A stretch of 64,000 nt of DNA from Bacteroidales bacterium UBA1756 (GCA_002314795.1 DCHI01000045.1:3795-67794); one strand, 5' to 3'. Positions 43,295-53,539 are shown, counted from the stretch's first letter. Made by a program: numbers and translations. The notes: generated by a model from the sequence alone, not told the origin.

Positions 43295-45592
43295 ATGTTC
43301 AACAATCAAAAACCAAAAAAATCCTGCCGAAAGAGCAAATTCTTTCTCGTAGGTTGCACATTGCTTGTGTCTCTGTTTTTTAACACAAAAATTTCAGCAC
43401 AGGTGGATACCGTCCACCCGCAAATTTTGCAAGGCGTTTCCGTCTCATCGTCGCGAACAACCGGTGAAGGAACGTTCTCGGTTTCGAATGTCAACCGTGA
43501 GGACATCCAGAAAAAGCAGGGAAACGGAAGCGTCAACAATATGTTGGACCAGGTGCCGGGAATGGTGACCACGTCGGATGCCGGAACGGGTGTCGGGTAC
43601 AATTATATGCGTATTCGTGGCATTGACCAGACGCGCATCAATGTAACGGTGAACGGTGTCGCCCTCAATGATGCAGAGTCGCAGGGCTCCTGGTTTGTCA
43701 ATCTTCCCGACTTCGGCTCCTTCGTGCAGAATCTGGAAGTGCAGCGTGGCGCCGGAACTTCCAACAACGGTTCTTCGGCCTTCGGGGCGACAATGAATTT
43801 CACCACATTGGCTCCATCGTTGGATCCTTTCGTTCAAATCAGCAGCAGCGCCGGTTCTTTCTACACGTTCCGTAACGCCATCACTGCCGGAACCGGACTG
43901 ATTAAGAACCGTTTTTCTGCCACAGCCGGTTATTCGAATCTGTTAAGCCGTGGGTACATTGAAAATTCTTCCGCCAAATTGCACTCCGCCTTTTTTACCG
44001 CTAATTATCATATTATCAATGAAAAAAAGAATAAAGAGTACGGAACATTGCAGTTCGATTTGTTGTATGGCAATGAAAAAACCGGATTGGCTTGGAACGG
44101 TGTCCCGTCCGATTCTTTGAAAACGAACCGTCGTTACAATAGTTGCGGTGAATATTATGATGCAGACGGCGTTCGTCATCATTATAATAATGAAAGCGAT
44201 AATTATCAGCAACTTCATTCGCAACTTCATTATACGTTCAATCGCCGCATCAATGCCGACCATCTTTTGAAACTGCGTGCGTCCTTGCACCTTACGCGAG
44301 GCATCGGCTATTATGAAGAGTATCAGGATGATAAGTATTATTCATCCTACGGACTTTACGACTTGATTGATTCATACGGTGAACTAATGCCGGCGGATTT
44401 GATTACTCGTAAAAGTATGGACAACTATTTTTATGGTGGAATTTTCAATATAGAACACACGATTAAAGACAAATATACGTGGATGCTTGGCGGTGCCGTC
44501 AACCGTTACCAAGGAAAGCATTTCGGAACCATCGAATGGCTTCAGTACAATGCGCTCACCGAATATGGCCAGCATTGGTACGATGGAACGGGCGACAAAC
44601 GTCAATACAATGTTTTTGGTAAGTTTATTGTTGACTTCAAGAAAGTTACAGAAAAGAGAAGTGAGTTAACCACGCTGTACGCCGACCTTCAGTACCGTTG
44701 CATTGACTATCGGATTGGCGGAACCGATTCGTATATGATGGATATTACGCAAAGTCACCTTTGGCATTTTATCAACCCGAAAGTTGGTGTCAATCACAAA
44801 TGGACTCCCGTGAATGGAACGTGCGGGCACGAGGCCTACTTCACTTTTTCGGTTGCCAATCGCGAGCCCACCCGTTCGGATTTAATCAGTGCAACCCCGG
44901 AAAGCCGTCCGAAGCCAGAAACCCTGTACGATTTCGAAGCGGGCTATCTGCTTCATCATAAGAAGGTTGAGGTTGCTGCGGACGCCTACTTTATGTACTA
45001 TAACGACCAGTTGGTGCTAACGGGCGAAATCAACGACGTGGGTGCTTCCATTATGACGAATGTTCCGAAAAGTTTCCGCGCCGGCATTGAGTTCACTACC
45101 GCTTATCAGCCCGTCAAATGGTTCGTCTGGAAGGTGAACGGAACATTCTCCATCAACAAGATTTTGGACTATACCGAATATGTGGACGATTGGGACACCG
45201 GACTTCAGCGCGTTAACCATTTGGGTACGACCGACATTTCGTTTTCTCCGAACATCGTCGCCGGAAACGATTTCACTTTTGTGCCTGTCAAAAACTTTGA
45301 CATTTCTTTGATTACGAAATTCGTTAGTCGCCAATACATTGACAATTCTGGACGAAAAGAATATTCTATCAATCCTTACTGTGTCAGCAACTTGCAACTC
45401 AGTTACAAGATTGAGACCAAGCCCATTCCGGAAATCCGACTCTATTTCCAAGTCAATAATTTGCTGAATGCGAAATATGAAAGCAATGCGTGGCTGTACC
45501 GTTATTTTCTTGATGGACAAGAATATAAGATGGATGGTTACTTCCCGCAGGCAGGCATTAACTTTATGGGTGGGTTGACGTTGCGGTTTTAG
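43295..45592 (+). CDS. TonB-dependent receptor, TPP-riboswitch controlled (thiamine-related outer-membrane transporter)
   Basis: 765 aa with a signal peptide. Plug-domain motifs (GMVTTSDAGTGVGYNYMRIRG, NGVALND). C-terminal beta-barrel ending in LRF. Confidence 0.88.
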   Translation: MFNNQKPKKSCRKSKFFLVGCTLLVSLFFNTKISAQVDTVHPQILQGVSVSSSRTTGEGTFSVSNVNREDIQKKQGNGSVNNMLDQVPGMVTTSDAGTGVGYNYMRIRGIDQTRINVTVNGVALNDAESQGSWFVNLPDFGSFVQNLEVQRGAGTSNNGSSAFGATMNFTTLAPSLDPFVQISSSAGSFYTFRNAITAGTGLIKNRFSATAGYSNLLSRGYIENSSAKLHSAFFTANYHIINEKKNKEYGTLQFDLLYGNEKTGLAWNGVPSDSLKTNRRYNSCGEYYDADGVRHHYNNESDNYQQLHSQLHYTFNRRINADHLLKLRASLHLTRGIGYYEEYQDDKYYSSYGLYDLIDSYGELMPADLITRKSMDNYFYGGIFNIEHTIKDKYTWMLGGAVNRYQGKHFGTIEWLQYNALTEYGQHWYDGTGDKRQYNVFGKFIVDFKKVTEKRSELTTLYADLQYRCIDYRIGGTDSYMMDITQSHLWHFINPKVGVNHKWTPVNGTCGHEAYFTFSVANREPTRSDLISATPESRPKPETLYDFEAGYLLHHKKVEVAADAYFMYYNDQLVLTGEINDVGASIMTNVPKSFRAGIEFTTAYQPVKWFVWKVNGTFSINKILDYTEYVDDWDTGLQRVNHLGTTDISFSPNIVAGNDFTFVPVKNFDISLITKFVSRQYIDNSGRKEYSINPYCVSNLQLSYKIETKPIPEIRLYFQVNNLLNAKYESNAWLYRYFLDGQEYKMDGYFPQAGINFMGGLTLRF

Positions 45593-45597
45593 TGAGT

Positions 45598-45679
45598 TAG
45601 AAAGTTTATAAAGTTCGTAAAGTTTATAAGGTTTGTAAAGTTTATAAGGTTTGTAAAGTTTATAAGGTTTGTAAAGTGG
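45598..45679. repeat. 9-bp array x9 with a perfect 18-bp higher-order unit (ATAAGGTTTGTAAAGTTT) x3
   Basis: Units were read directly from 45608 to 45679. The array ends GTAAAGTGGTG, as at 7871..7885. It lies between convergent genes. Confidence 0.9.
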
Positions 45680-45693
45680 TGATTTTATGATAA

Positions 45694-45734
45694 CAAAGAA
45701 GTCGGCGTTGGAATCCAGCGCCGACTTCTTTTAA
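45694..45734. terminator. bidirectional rho-independent terminator
   Basis: 12-bp perfect stem AAGAAGTCGGCG/CGCCGACTTCTT, flanked by an A-run and a T-run. Confidence 0.85.
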
Positions 45735-45753
45735 TGAATACTGTTCTTAATAA

Positions 45754-46713
45754 TTAGAATTTCTTGACCAACTGTCCCGTTCCCGTATTTTCAATTTTGA
45801 TTTTGGGAACGCCTTTGTAGTTGACGCTACCGGAAGATGTAATGTTAGCTTCCAAGGAAGAAGCGGCTGAAACGGAGATGTCACCGCTGCCACCGTTTTC
45901 AATTTTCGCTTTTTGAGCGGTAACGGTGAGTGCGTCAAAGTTGGCGGCACCGGTACTCTTTACTTCTACGTTTTCTACAGTTCCAGAAACGGTAATATCA
46001 CCGCTATTGGGCAATGTAGCTTTGATTTCCTTGCCGGTAAGTCCGGTGATGTTGATGGTTCCCTTGCCGTTTTCTTTAATGATAAAGGATTCGCTTTGAA
46101 TGCTGGTAAAAGTGCAAGCTTCGGACGTTGAAGCGGTAAGTTCAATTTTTTTTGCTCCGGCAAGGTTGTTGATGGAACAACTGGTGTTGTTTTTCAACTC
46201 CATCTTGATGCTTTCCGCAGCCATTTCATTGAAGGTGATTTGAGACTTCTTTTCGGCAGTGAGTTTCAAAGAGCTGGTACGCAAACTTTTGATGTTGACG
46301 GAACCTTCTCCGGCAACAGCCATTTCCATTTTGTCTGAAGGAATGCCGTTCATTTCAACTTTCCCGTTGCCTTCCATTTGAAATTTGGAAAGGGAAGGAA
46401 GGGAAATACGAATCACGATGGGCATATTGTTTTTCAAAGTGGCTTTTTTTGCCACACTGATGTTCAGAGCTTTCCCCTTCACTTCAGTAATAATGTATTC
46501 TTGAAGATTGGATTCTGCTTCCACTTCAACTTTGGGCATTATGGCGTAATCAATGGCAATGTCGAAGTCGGCATTGACGATGACTTGTTCAAAAGGAGCA
46601 ACTTCCCGTGCATCTTTTTTCAATTCATTGTTCCCGGGAATGTCCTTCGCCTGAGTAAAAAGAACGGCCACCATCATAGCGACGAAAGCCAAAATTTGTT
46701 TTGTGTGTTTCAT
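45754..46713 (-). CDS. DUF2807/head-GIN (putative auto-transporter adhesin head) domain protein
   Basis: Signal peptide. Repetitive beta-helix-like segments with GSGDI/GNGKV/GEGSV motifs. Start set at MKHTKQIL. Confidence 0.7.
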   Translation of the reverse strand: MKHTKQILAFVAMMVAVLFTQAKDIPGNNELKKDAREVAPFEQVIVNADFDIAIDYAIMPKVEVEAESNLQEYIITEVKGKALNISVAKKATLKNNMPIVIRISLPSLSKFQMEGNGKVEMNGIPSDKMEMAVAGEGSVNIKSLRTSSLKLTAEKKSQITFNEMAAESIKMELKNNTSCSINNLAGAKKIELTASTSEACTFTSIQSESFIIKENGKGTINITGLTGKEIKATLPNSGDITVSGTVENVEVKSTGAANFDALTVTAQKAKIENGGSGDISVSAASSLEANITSSGSVNYKGVPKIKIENTGTGQLVKKF

Positions 46714-46747
46714 AGTATTTGTTTTTATGTTATTGAAAAAAAGCGTG

Positions 46748-46755
46748 CAAAAGTA
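46748..46755 (-). promoter_or_regulatory. -7 promoter box (TACTTTTG) for the DUF2807 gene
   Basis: CAAAAGTA on the plus strand, 35 nt upstream of the 46713 start. Confidence 0.5.
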
Positions 46756-46791
46756 CAAAAAAGAGACGTTTTAAGAGGTTCGGAATTTTTG

Positions 46792-46799
46792 TAAATTTG
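46792..46799 (+). promoter_or_regulatory. -7 promoter box (TAAATTTG) for the 46822 gene
   Basis: Matches TAnnTTTG, 23 nt upstream of the ATG. Confidence 0.5.
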
Positions 46800-46821
46800 C
46801 CCGTTTTTATTTTATCGTAAG

Positions 46822-48096
46822 ATGTCTCAGAATAATCAAGATAAGTTTTTGAAATTGCGTCAATTGTATCCGGAGTTTACGTATGATAGTTATTCATATT
46901 CCATTCGGGATAACGAAATTGAAATGCAGTTTGTTTATAGGATGGGAGAAAATATTTGTTTTGCTCCTAAAATGACCTTGCTCCCTGGACGGCATCTTTC
47001 AGCGGGTTTCACTCGCGATTCTTTGGACGGCATCGTCTTCCATATCGGTTTGATAGAATTGATAAGTTATTGGAAATGTGCTTGTTCGCCGATTGTCAAT
47101 GTTCCGATGCGCCGTTTGTCTGCCCAACAGCAACAGTGGTGGAAAAAACTCTATTGGAAAGGTCTCGGTGAATTTTTCTACCAGAATGAAATCAAAACGG
47201 ACGGAGAAAGTTTTTTGCAATTCCGTTTTAATGAGGACGCTCCGTCTGCAGCCGACTTTTCGTATCAGCGCGTTACGAACACTGCCTCCATCATTGTTCC
47301 GATTGGTGGCGGAAAAGATTCGGTCGTCACCTTGGAGCACCATCGCCGCACGCACAACATTGTCCCGTTCATCATCAATCCGCGCGGTGCTACGCTCGAA
47401 TGTGCCCGCATCGCTGGCTTCCCCAATCAGGACGATATGGTCGTGCTGAAGCGACAGATTTCTCCGAAGTTGTTGGAACTGAACGCGGAAGGTTTCTTGA
47501 ATGGCCATACTCCGTTTTCCGCAATGTTGGCTTTTTACACACTGTTGGTAAGTGCCGTCACGGATGTTCGCGACATTGCCCTTTCCAATGAGTCGAGCGC
47601 GAACGAACCTACCATTCCCGGAACAGAAATCAATCACCAATATTCTAAATCTTTGGAATTTGAAGAAGATTTTAGAACGTATGTAACGAATAATATGAAT
47701 AATATCAGTCACTATTTCAGTTATTTACGTCCATATTGCGAGTTGCAGATTGCTGAGTTCTTTTCAAAATATCCCGACTATTTTCCGGTTTTCAAAAGTT
47801 GTAACGCCGGAAGTAAAACCGACAGTTGGTGCTGTAATTGTCCGAAATGCCTTTTTGCGTACATCATTTTGTCTCCCTTTATCGATGATGCGACGATGAT
47901 TCGGATTTTTGGCGAAGATTTGTTGGATAAATCCTCTTTGCAACATTATTTTGATGAGTTGACAGGCATTGCCGACGTCAAGCCCTTTGAATGTGTGGGA
48001 ACGGTGGATGAGGTGAATCAAGCCCTTGCTATGATTGCGGAGAGTAGAAAAGGGAAGTTCTTGGTGGAAAGATGGAAAAAAATGAAAAATATGTAG
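46822..48096 (+). CDS. PP-loop (adenine nucleotide alpha-hydrolase)-like protein of uncertain function
   Basis: Internal PP-loop-like motif IVPIGGGKDSVV and the Cys cluster SCNAGSKTDSWCCNCPKC. 424 aa. Confidence 0.65.
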   Translation: MSQNNQDKFLKLRQLYPEFTYDSYSYSIRDNEIEMQFVYRMGENICFAPKMTLLPGRHLSAGFTRDSLDGIVFHIGLIELISYWKCACSPIVNVPMRRLSAQQQQWWKKLYWKGLGEFFYQNEIKTDGESFLQFRFNEDAPSAADFSYQRVTNTASIIVPIGGGKDSVVTLEHHRRTHNIVPFIINPRGATLECARIAGFPNQDDMVVLKRQISPKLLELNAEGFLNGHTPFSAMLAFYTLLVSAVTDVRDIALSNESSANEPTIPGTEINHQYSKSLEFEEDFRTYVTNNMNNISHYFSYLRPYCELQIAEFFSKYPDYFPVFKSCNAGSKTDSWCCNCPKCLFAYIILSPFIDDATMIRIFGEDLLDKSSLQHYFDELTGIADVKPFECVGTVDEVNQALAMIAESRKGKFLVERWKKMKNM

Positions 48097-48131
48097 GTGG
48101 AAATTTGATGTCTCTTTTCAAACGAAAATTG

Positions 48132-48139
48132 TACTTTTG
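48132..48139 (+). promoter_or_regulatory. -7 promoter box (TACTTTTG) for trkA-trkH
   Basis: Matches TAnnTTTG, 27 nt upstream of the ATG. Confidence 0.5.
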
Positions 48140-48165
48140 CCGCCCTTTTTAAATAGAGAAAAACT

Positions 48166-48858
48166 ATGTCAAACGAAAGATTTGCGATTATTGGAGCGGG
48201 GCACTTTGGTTCATCCATTGCGACCGCCTTGTCGGAACGAGGAGCCGAAGTCCTCGTCATCGATTCGGATATCAAGGTGATTCAGGATTTGTCGGAGGAG
48301 GTTGCGTATGCCGTCTGTATCGATGCGACGAACAAGCGTGCGCTGTTGGCTGAAAATATTTTGGACTTTGACGCGGTCGTCGTGGCCATTGGCGAGGATT
48401 TCGTCAAACGGTTGCTCTGTACGGCAAATCTGTTGGACATCGGTGTTAAACGCATCATCTGCCGAACGATGGGAAACAGTCAGAAAACGATTCTTGAAAA
48501 AATGGGTATCAACGAATTCCTGTCTCCGGAAGACGAAGTCGGTACCCTTTTTGCTGAAAAGTTGTTGAATCCCAACATCTTGTCCTATTTGCAGTTGGCC
48601 GATGATTACAAAATTGCAGAAGTGATTCCTCCCGCCAAAACCATCGGGCTCACCATCGCCGACCTGAACCTTCGTGACGTTTATCGCCTCAGTTTGATTA
48701 CGATTCGTCGCAGCTTCCCAGACGACCTCGGTTCCGATGAAACAACGACGCACATCATCGGTGTTCCTGACACTTCTACCGATATTCAGGAAAAAGATTG
48801 TTTTGTCCTCTTCGGTCGTACCGCCGACATCGAAAATTTCATCAAGAAAAATCAGTAA
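48166..48858 (+). CDS. trkA: TrkA/KtrA-family potassium uptake regulatory protein (RCK domain)
   Basis: N-terminal Rossmann motif IIGAGHFGSSIA and a C-terminal TrkA_C-like domain. Confidence 0.85.
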   Translation: MSNERFAIIGAGHFGSSIATALSERGAEVLVIDSDIKVIQDLSEEVAYAVCIDATNKRALLAENILDFDAVVVAIGEDFVKRLLCTANLLDIGVKRIICRTMGNSQKTILEKMGINEFLSPEDEVGTLFAEKLLNPNILSYLQLADDYKIAEVIPPAKTIGLTIADLNLRDVYRLSLITIRRSFPDDLGSDETTTHIIGVPDTSTDIQEKDCFVLFGRTADIENFIKKNQ

Positions 48859-48864
48859 CGGACA

Positions 48865-50670
48865 ATGTCACCAAAGTCATACGACTATTTCAAAAAGAAA
48901 CTCAATTTCCGGTTAGTCAACAAACAGCATATTGCTGATACCATACTAACGGTCACTTCGCTTTTGTTGGCGGTGATGGCCATTGCCGGAATTTTGTATG
49001 AGCACGGTTTCTATTTGAATCCCGTTCAAGAACGATGGGTGACAGGCATTGTGACGACTGCTTTTGTTTTTTATGTGGTACACTTTTTGGTTCGTTCCAT
49101 TTTTTCTTCCGATTATAAACAATATTTCAAAGATGGGAAATTAGACATTATACTAATAGTCTGTATTTTAGGGTTGTATGCCTTTTTTGCCATCTATGAA
49201 AATACGATTGATATCGCCAATCCTGTACGGTTCGCACATCGGCGTGTCATTGCGTTTCACCTGTTTTATTTCATCCTGTTTTTTATAGAAATCATTAAGG
49301 CACTGGCTTTTGTAAAAAAAATCAACCTGAGTCCGCCGATGATGATGATGGCGTCGTTCTTCATTCTCATCGCCATAGGAACGGGATTGTTGATGATGCC
49401 GAAGATGACGACGCACGGAATCTGTTTCATCGACGCACTGTTTACTGCCACCAGTGCCAGTTGTGTCACCGGCCTTGCCGTTTTGAATACCGCGCTCGAT
49501 TTCACCACCTCCGGACAAATTGTTTTGATGGTGCTGATGCAATTGGGCGGTATGAGTATTCTCTCCTTTGCAACGTTTTTCATCTCGTTTCTTTCCCATT
49601 CTTTTACCGGTTTGCGTTATCAATATATGGTGAAGGATATGCTTTCTACGGACAAACTTTCGGACTCTTTTTCTTTTTTGCGAGAAATCATCATTACGAT
49701 ATTTGTGGTAGAAGGAATCGGAATGATGATGCTTTATATGTATTGGCAAACAACGGGCATTTTCAATGGCCGTGGGGAAACGCTTTACTACGCCTTGTTT
49801 CACGCGATTTCGGCTTTTAACAATGCCGGTTTTTGTCTTTGGACAGATGGTTTGATGGATAAAAATGTGATTAACAGCTATTTCCCGCAGGTTATCATTA
49901 TGATTTTGGTCTTTGCAGGAAGTATCGGATTTGTGGTTCTTCGTGACTTTTTTGCTCCGGAAGTCATTCGGGAACGTAAACGCAAACGCTGGAAAACACT
50001 CACAATGGGGACGCAAATTGCTTTGTTGATGTCTTTTATTGTCATCATCGTCGGCTCCATTCTCTACTTCTTTTTGGAATATGATAATACTTTGGCAGGC
50101 AAAGAAACGCTTTTTGATAAAATATTTTGTTCCGTCTTTCAAGTCACCTCCGGGCGAACAGCTGGTTTCAACATTGTGGATATCAACACAATAAGCATCC
50201 CAATGTTAGCGGTTATCACCTTGATTATCTTTATTGGTGCCTCGCCGGGCTCTACAGGTGGCGGAATCAAGACGACGACCGCTTTTGTGATTCTCAAGTC
50301 CCTTTTTGCAACCATCAAAGGGAAACAAAGAATTGAGTTCCATAGAAAAACGATTCCTTTCTCGTTGGTTGATAAGGCGTACTCCATTGTCATTATGTCA
50401 TTGGTAATCATATTCATATCGGTAGTTGTGTTGAGTATTGTCGAACCGATGATTCCTTTGAAAAATATCATTTTCGAATCCACGTCGGCATTTACTACTT
50501 GTGGACTTTCTACCGGCTGCATCGGCTCTTTCTCTATTGCCGGCAAAGCGGTTCTCACCGTTGAAATGTTCATCGGCCGTATCGGAACACTTACGTTTGC
50601 ATACGCATTGAGCAAACGAACCAAGGAGAGCCGTCACGAATATCCGGAAACCTATTTTATGGTCGGTTAG
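48865..50670 (+). CDS. trkH: TrkH/KtrB-family potassium transporter
   Basis: 601 aa, polytopic. Repeated M1-P-M2 selectivity-loop motifs (SASCVTGL, NNAGF, TAGFN, GSTGGGIKT, TTCGLSTG). Confidence 0.85.
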   Translation: MSPKSYDYFKKKLNFRLVNKQHIADTILTVTSLLLAVMAIAGILYEHGFYLNPVQERWVTGIVTTAFVFYVVHFLVRSIFSSDYKQYFKDGKLDIILIVCILGLYAFFAIYENTIDIANPVRFAHRRVIAFHLFYFILFFIEIIKALAFVKKINLSPPMMMMASFFILIAIGTGLLMMPKMTTHGICFIDALFTATSASCVTGLAVLNTALDFTTSGQIVLMVLMQLGGMSILSFATFFISFLSHSFTGLRYQYMVKDMLSTDKLSDSFSFLREIIITIFVVEGIGMMMLYMYWQTTGIFNGRGETLYYALFHAISAFNNAGFCLWTDGLMDKNVINSYFPQVIIMILVFAGSIGFVVLRDFFAPEVIRERKRKRWKTLTMGTQIALLMSFIVIIVGSILYFFLEYDNTLAGKETLFDKIFCSVFQVTSGRTAGFNIVDINTISIPMLAVITLIIFIGASPGSTGGGIKTTTAFVILKSLFATIKGKQRIEFHRKTIPFSLVDKAYSIVIMSLVIIFISVVVLSIVEPMIPLKNIIFESTSAFTTCGLSTGCIGSFSIAGKAVLTVEMFIGRIGTLTFAYALSKRTKESRHEYPETYFMVG

Positions 50671-50728
50671 TGGAAATTTGAATTAGATTTTTGTTAATTC
50701 CGCGTCCGTAGGTTTTGACAAAAAATCG

Positions 50729-50736
50729 TATTTTTG
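50729..50736 (+). promoter_or_regulatory. -7 promoter box (TATTTTTG) for lysS
   Basis: Lies inside the over-extended track ORF, 30 nt upstream of the 50766 ATG. Confidence 0.5.
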
Positions 50737-50765
50737 CAGCCGAATTTTTCATACAATATAATATT

Positions 50766-52304
50766 ATGGCAATCGAATTATCCGAGCAAGAAATTATCCG
50801 TAGAAAAAAGTTGGAAGACTTTTCCAATTTGGGAGTAAATGCTTATCCCGCACCACTTTATGAAGTAAATGCCACCTCGCAGGAAATTCACGAAAAATTT
50901 CCTACTGACAATACGCTTTTCCAAAATGTCAGTTTTGCCGGTCGTATTATGAGCCAGCGCATTATGGGCGCTGTTTCTTTTTACGAACTCCAAGACGCGG
51001 TTGGGAAAATCCAGATTTACGTCAAACGTGACGAAATCTGCCCCGGAGAAGACAAGTCAATGTACAATTCCGTCTTTAAAAAGTTAGATATCGGTGACAT
51101 CATCGGTGTCAAAGGTTTTGTCTTTACGACACAGACTGGTGCCATTAGCATTCACGTCAAGGAATTTACGCTCCTTTGCAAATCGGTTCGTCCGCTCCCC
51201 ATCGTGAAGGAAAAAGATGGTACTACTTACGATGCTTTCGCTGATCCGGAACAACGCTATCGTCAACGTTACTTGGACCTTATCGTCAATCCTCAAGTGA
51301 AAGATACGTTCATCAAACGCACCAAATTGGTGAACACGATGCGTAACTTCTTGAACGAGAAGGGTTATTTGGAAGTTGAAACGCCCATCCTTCAGCCGCT
51401 TTATGGTGGCGCGGCCGCACGCCCGTTCAAAACCCATCACAACACCCTCGATATGACGCTCTACCTTCGTATTGCCGATGAACTCTATTTGAAAAAGTTG
51501 ATTGTCGGCGGCTTTGATGGCGTCTACGAATTTTCCAAAGACTTCCGTAATGAAGGAATGGACCGCTTCCATAATCCGGAATTTACCCAGATGGAACTTT
51601 ACGTTGCCTACAAGGATTATGAATGGATGATGAATCTCGTTGAGGAAATGGTGGAAGCCGTTGCCCTCGCTTTGCACGGAACAACAAAAGTTCAAGTTGG
51701 TGAAAATGTTATCGATTTCAAACGCCCGTGGAAACGCTACACGATGTTTGAGGCCATCGAACACTTTACCGGAACGGACGTTTCCAATATGAACGAAGCC
51801 GAATTGGCTGCTTTTGCGAAAAGTGTTGGCGTCGCCGTTGATAGCACGATGGGCAAAGGCAAATTGATTGACGAAATTTTCGGTGAAACGGCAGAATCCA
51901 AGTTGATTCAACCTACTTTCATCTATGATTATCCTGTTGAAATGTCGCCTCTTACGAAAATGCACCGTAGTAAACCCGGTATGACGGAACGTTTCGAGGC
52001 AATGTGTAACGGGAAGGAACTTTGCAACGCTTACTCCGAGTTGAATGACCCGATTGACCAACGTCAACGTTTTGAAGCTCAATTGGAATTGGGTAAACGC
52101 GGGGATTCCGAATCGATGGTTTTAGACGAAGACTTCCTCCGCGCATTGGAGTTCGGTATGCCCCCGACTGCCGGCTTGGGTATCGGCATCGACCGCTTGG
52201 CGATGATTATGACCAACTCCCCCTCCATTCAGGATGTGCTCCTTTTCCCGCAAATGCGACCGGAGAAAAAGGAAACCGCTCCCAAAGAGGAAACAACGAA
52301 ATAA
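50766..52304 (+). CDS. lysS: lysine--tRNA ligase (class II)
   Basis: OB-fold anticodon-binding region, then class II motifs ([39 protein letters not shown]). Confidence 0.93.
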   Translation: MAIELSEQEIIRRKKLEDFSNLGVNAYPAPLYEVNATSQEIHEKFPTDNTLFQNVSFAGRIMSQRIMGAVSFYELQDAVGKIQIYVKRDEICPGEDKSMYNSVFKKLDIGDIIGVKGFVFTTQTGAISIHVKEFTLLCKSVRPLPIVKEKDGTTYDAFADPEQRYRQRYLDLIVNPQVKDTFIKRTKLVNTMRNFLNEKGYLEVETPILQPLYGGAAARPFKTHHNTLDMTLYLRIADELYLKKLIVGGFDGVYEFSKDFRNEGMDRFHNPEFTQMELYVAYKDYEWMMNLVEEMVEAVALALHGTTKVQVGENVIDFKRPWKRYTMFEAIEHFTGTDVSNMNEAELAAFAKSVGVAVDSTMGKGKLIDEIFGETAESKLIQPTFIYDYPVEMSPLTKMHRSKPGMTERFEAMCNGKELCNAYSELNDPIDQRQRFEAQLELGKRGDSESMVLDEDFLRALEFGMPPTAGLGIGIDRLAMIMTNSPSIQDVLLFPQMRPEKKETAPKEETTK

Positions 52305-52305
52305 G

Positions 52306-52335
52306 GAAAAGGCGCTTTCGGGCGCCTTTTTTTTA
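52306..52335. terminator. bidirectional terminator between lysS and the ATPase gene
   Basis: AAAGGCGC-tttcgg-GCGCCTTT with a flanking A-run and T8 run. Confidence 0.8.
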
Positions 52336-53505
52336 CATAAATAGTGATTCGCCGCCAAATTTTTCTCGTAAATAGAAAGAAAAAAATCTGTCGGTGATAA
52401 AATATCGTTTGTTGCCTGTTTCGTCCCCCTCATAAGTTATCCAATCTCCTGACATCAGTTGCTTAATTGCCGACTGTACAGAACTCGCAGATGTGAGTTG
52501 GTGGCGTTTTACAAATGCTCCGGAAGTTATTCTTTCCGCTTTTCCTTCTTGGGCAATAGCTAATAGTAATTCTTTGGGCTTGGGAGCAAGTAGAGATAAT
52601 CGATTGCGGTAACTCCTTTCGTTTTCGGAAAGAATGCAGCTTATGGCAGTGCAAACCTCTGAAAATGTGGACTCACTACCATTTTTAGACATTGCAAAAA
52701 GTTCATTCATCGTTTTTTGCATACAATACGTGTTGCCTTCAAACATATCGTAAAGTTGATGGATGGCTTCGGTCGTAATATCTTTTCCAAATTCACGGAA
52801 AAGGTTTTGCGAAAATTCACGGTAACTGTCAACGGTCAGTTCCAATAGATTCATTTCTGTTGTACTCGCATAAAACGGTCTTGACGTTAGATGAAACATT
52901 TCATTGAGAATGTGACGTTCAGACCCCGCAAAAATGAAATTGGCATTGGCACAATGCTGAATGTGCGTTCTCAATAGTGCTTCTATATTTTTTTCTGGAT
53001 AATTGGCTATCTGCTGAAATTCGTCTATGGCAATAATGCAGTGTTTGTCCGCCTGATTCAGGTAGTCAAAAATTTCAGAAAGCGTATAAGATGGATTTCG
53101 TAATGCGCCTAACGAAAGTGTGAACTTTGGGAGCCCTGTCACAGCATCGTACCCTAATTCGTTGGAAATAGATCGTACCGTAGTCAAAAACTGATCCAGC
53201 ATTTTCCTGCCTGCAGGTTTTAATTTCTCAAAAATTTCGCGACCGACAGCATAGGTAAAATCGCGCAGATCACGTGTCCCTAATATGTCAATAAAAAAAG
53301 TATAGTTGTCATTTTCTATTTCTGGTTGTGCAAAGCAGTGATTGATTAGCCCTGTTTTTCCTACTCGTCGCTGGGATAACAGCAGAACATTTCTCCCGTT
53401 TTGTATATGGGAAATTAGTGTCTGCGTTTCTTTGATTCGGTCGCAGAAATAAGGTTCTGGTATTGGACCAGATATGATAAAGGGGTTGGTGATTTTAGGT
53501 GACAT
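52333..53505 (-). CDS. AAA+ ATPase of the archaeal-ATPase/DUF234 type
   Basis: F.DR..E motif (YFCDRIKE), Walker A SQRRVGKTG and Walker B IIAIDEFQ. C-terminal winged-helix-like region. Start set at MSPKITNPF. Confidence 0.75.
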   Translation of the reverse strand: MSPKITNPFIISGPIPEPYFCDRIKETQTLISHIQNGRNVLLLSQRRVGKTGLINHCFAQPEIENDNYTFFIDILGTRDLRDFTYAVGREIFEKLKPAGRKMLDQFLTTVRSISNELGYDAVTGLPKFTLSLGALRNPSYTLSEIFDYLNQADKHCIIAIDEFQQIANYPEKNIEALLRTHIQHCANANFIFAGSERHILNEMFHLTSRPFYASTTEMNLLELTVDSYREFSQNLFREFGKDITTEAIHQLYDMFEGNTYCMQKTMNELFAMSKNGSESTFSEVCTAISCILSENERSYRNRLSLLAPKPKELLLAIAQEGKAERITSGAFVKRHQLTSASSVQSAIKQLMSGDWITYEGDETGNKRYFITDRFFSFYLREKFGGESLFM

Positions 53506-53527
53506 ATTATATATTGATTTGGAGCGG

Positions 53528-53535
53528 CAAAGATA
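53528..53535 (-). promoter_or_regulatory. -7 promoter box (TATCTTTG) for the ATPase gene
   Basis: CAAAGATA on the plus strand, 23 nt upstream of the 53505 start and directly after the upstream terminator. Confidence 0.5.
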
Positions 53536-53539
53536 CAAA

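Noticed and set aside
7867-45679. Possibility that the short tandem repeats are CRISPR arrays
   Set aside because: The units are 9-14 bp and directly abutting, with no unique spacers. No cas genes are present in the window.
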